A stretch of 64,000 bases of DNA from Wickerhamiella versatilis (taxonomy: Eukaryota), in assembly GCA_030867685.1 (NCBI GenBank), contig JAQOWU010000003.1, positions 372,001 through 436,000 of the forward strand, written 5' to 3'. The notes beneath the pieces are model-generated. The model did not search any database. It had not been told where the DNA came from and was given only the letters and a program-made list of their open reading frames with translations. Of this stretch, positions 62,156 through 64,000 are shown in pieces (positions within the stretch are counted from its first letter, which is position 1; each line of letters starts with the position of its first letter). Both the position numbers and the translations under genes were made by a program.

Positions 62156-62764
62156 CTAAGCTTGTATCTTATGGTGATTGGCCTCTTGGACAAATGGTAA
62201 AGAGTGTTCCCAGCTGTGTGATGCCTGTTCCCTCGCCTCCTGGATCTCTTGAGACTTAGTTTCGGAGGGTTTGATAGATAGCAGAACGCTCATAAGCAGC
62301 AAAGCTACTGTAATTCCTTGAGCATAAACTCGGGCTTGTACTATCTTTTGGGCTTTACTCATGTACTTATCTCGATTTACCAATGCAAAAGAACCAGCCA
62401 TAGCTGCAGCCCAACCGCTGACAATCAGGCGATACTTGTGACTGACGAGAAAGTTTTTGAGTTTTGTAAAACTATCAGGTGCATCCTCTACTCTTTGTAT
62501 ATTCGACACTTCAATGCCTTTTTGTTCCCTCTCAATTTTGTTTGCCCTAAGCTCAGCTAATGTTATAGCTCCAATAACAAGTGGCGATCCAAACATGATG
62601 TTCTGTACCACTCCGCTCTTAAGATGCGGCAAGTAGCCACGCCTTCTCATGAAAGCGTAAACTCCGAGTGATACTAACCCACCATAAGCCGCTCCCTGTA
62701 GAGCACCATGGCCCAATGTTCGGGTGTAATCTTCAAGTCCAGTGTGATTTAAATTAGCCTTCAT
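62156..62764 (-). CDS. RCF2: Respiratory supercomplex factor 2 (HIG1 domain)
   Basis: HKY.LI...WA..M.GS..LV.RD.YM.KAQKIVQARVYAQ.ITV.LL motif and N-terminal GAL.G...G TM segment. Confidence 0.9.
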   Translation of the reverse strand: MKANLNHTGLEDYTRTLGHGALQGAAYGGLVSLGVYAFMRRRGYLPHLKSGVVQNIMFGSPLVIGAITLAELRANKIEREQKGIEVSNIQRVEDAPDSFTKLKNFLVSHKYRLIVSGWAAAMAGSFALVNRDKYMSKAQKIVQARVYAQGITVALLLMSVLLSIKPSETKSQEIQEAREQASHSWEHSLPFVQEANHHKIQA

Positions 62765-63328
62765 ATTGTCTAGATTGTAATTTTTTTCGAGTTATAAGTT
62801 TTAGCCATATACGTTACATAAATAATTCTCCGAGTCTCAACTCCGAACTCCGAAATAGACCGTATTAGGATTTGGTGGCAATTTTCTGACCAAAACAACT
62901 CAAGTTCATCATTTACAATATATTTCATCATTATAACTATATTTTACCGAATATATAAGTTCTAGAATGCTGTCGGTTATTTGTTGTTCAATACAGACAA
63001 AGAGATCTGCTGGTTCGGCTTTCGGAGTAATGACATAGTCCACCCGGCTTTACCAGAACCGACAATCCTATTTGGAAAGTCAGTCAAATTGATAAAACGA
63101 TACGCCGGAAATAAAAAACATGAAAAAAAAGGCCCCGTACATTTCTTTTAGCTGCAATTTTCTTACCATGGTCGTGTTCATTTTGACTTATGCACTGCAG
63201 CGCGTGCACTTCTTACGGATAGAGAAGATCCTTTGAGAGATAATGTACGGGTAAGGGGGGACACAGCAGTCTTTCCACTTTAAAGTTCATGTCTCATAAT
63301 AGCCTACCAAAAAATAACTTACTTCTAG

Positions 63329-64000
63329 CTATCTAGGAGATATACCGTCAGCATCTTCAACATGTTCAACATAGTTTTTCTCATTAAATTTCTCCTCGTC
63401 TGTAACCGTAACGCTATCGCCAGTGTTGTTGGCAATCCTCTTAATATCGGGTACAACTGGTTTCCATTTGCTGCTGCGCCATGCAGGAACGCCTTCGTCC
63501 CACATTTGTCCGATTTCTTCGAGGGTGAAGCCTTTGGTTTCAGGGAACATAAAAAAAATCTGGATTGCCATCACGACACAAAATGTACCAAAGATGAAGT
63601 ATGTCTTGTAAGTAATGTGTTCAAAAGCACTAGGAGTAAACATCCCAATGGCAAAATTGAAGATCCAGTTAGTAGCGGTCGATAGTCCGACTGCAGTCGC
63701 ACGCTGCTCCAACGGGAAGATTTCTGAGGTGTAGATCCAAGCTGCTGGTGCCCATGTTGGTGCATATGCACAAACACAAAGATATGACATTGCGATCGCA
63801 GCTTTAGAGGCAGCCTTTTGATCTTTGGGAATTTTAATCTTTACGGTAGATCCAAATTCATTAGGGTCTGCTGGAACAGAGACAGCAGCGAGGATAGCAC
63901 CCTCACACCACATAAAAACGCCAATGAGGATCGATCCCCAGAACATCAATCTTCTTCTACCCCATCGATCGACAAAAAATAGTGTTGGAAGCGTCATCAC
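63329..64000 (-). CDS. HGT1: Sugar porter, high-affinity glucose transporter HGT1-like (3' part; 5' end outside the window)
   Basis: DRWGRR, W....WIY.SEIFP...RA, NWIFNFAI.MF.P.AF..I.YKTY.IFG, FPETKG.TLEEI and GVPAWRS..W.P. Confidence 0.85.
   Translation of the reverse strand: MMTLPTLFFVDRWGRRRLMFWGSILIGVFMWCEGAILAAVSVPADPNEFGSTVKIKIPKDQKAASKAAIAMSYLCVCAYAPTWAPAAWIYTSEIFPLEQRATAVGLSTATNWIFNFAIGMFTPSAFEHITYKTYFIFGTFCVVMAIQIFFMFPETKGFTLEEIGQMWDEGVPAWRSSKWKPVVPDIKRIANNTGDSVTVTDEEKFNEKNYVEHVEDADGISPR

Noticed and set aside
1-64000. Prokaryotic origin of the contig; tRNA, rRNA, CRISPR or transposon features
   Set aside because: Zn2Cys6 TFs, RCF2, KRE1, HDEL signals, monocistronic spacing and splice signals show a fungal chromosome. 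I recognised no tRNA, rRNA, array or transposase by eye.

Overview
This is a gene-dense, nearly intron-free fungal window. It is most consistent with a Saccharomycotina yeast of the Wickerhamiella/Starmerella type; that placement is inferred from a UGTB1-like glucosyltransferase, RCF2, KRE1, an HGT1-like transporter and many bacterial-looking genes. It holds about 30 CDSs, mostly accessory nitrogen- and carbon-scavenging modules. These include a clustered URC uracil-catabolism locus whose promoters share a 16-bp-periodic CCCCG motif, an MFS + fructosyl-amino-acid oxidase pair, an ATRR-type NRPS-like reductase, two ER-targeted agmatinase-like paralogues, four fringe-like GT31 paralogues, a 3-hydroxyproline dehydratase and several candidate bacterial horizontal transfers. 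The most striking element is non-coding. Just downstream of an NCS1 (TPN1/FCY-like) permease on the minus strand is a 48-nt 3'-UTR spliceosomal intron followed by two tandem TPP-riboswitch aptamers (58883-58968 and 58707-58786). The aptamers have compensatory P1/P3 stems and share an identical, atypical P5/L5 segment that is complementary to the intron's 5' splice site. This suggests a plant-THIC-like 3'-UTR splicing switch gated by two aptamers. All homology calls come from motif recognition, not database searches.
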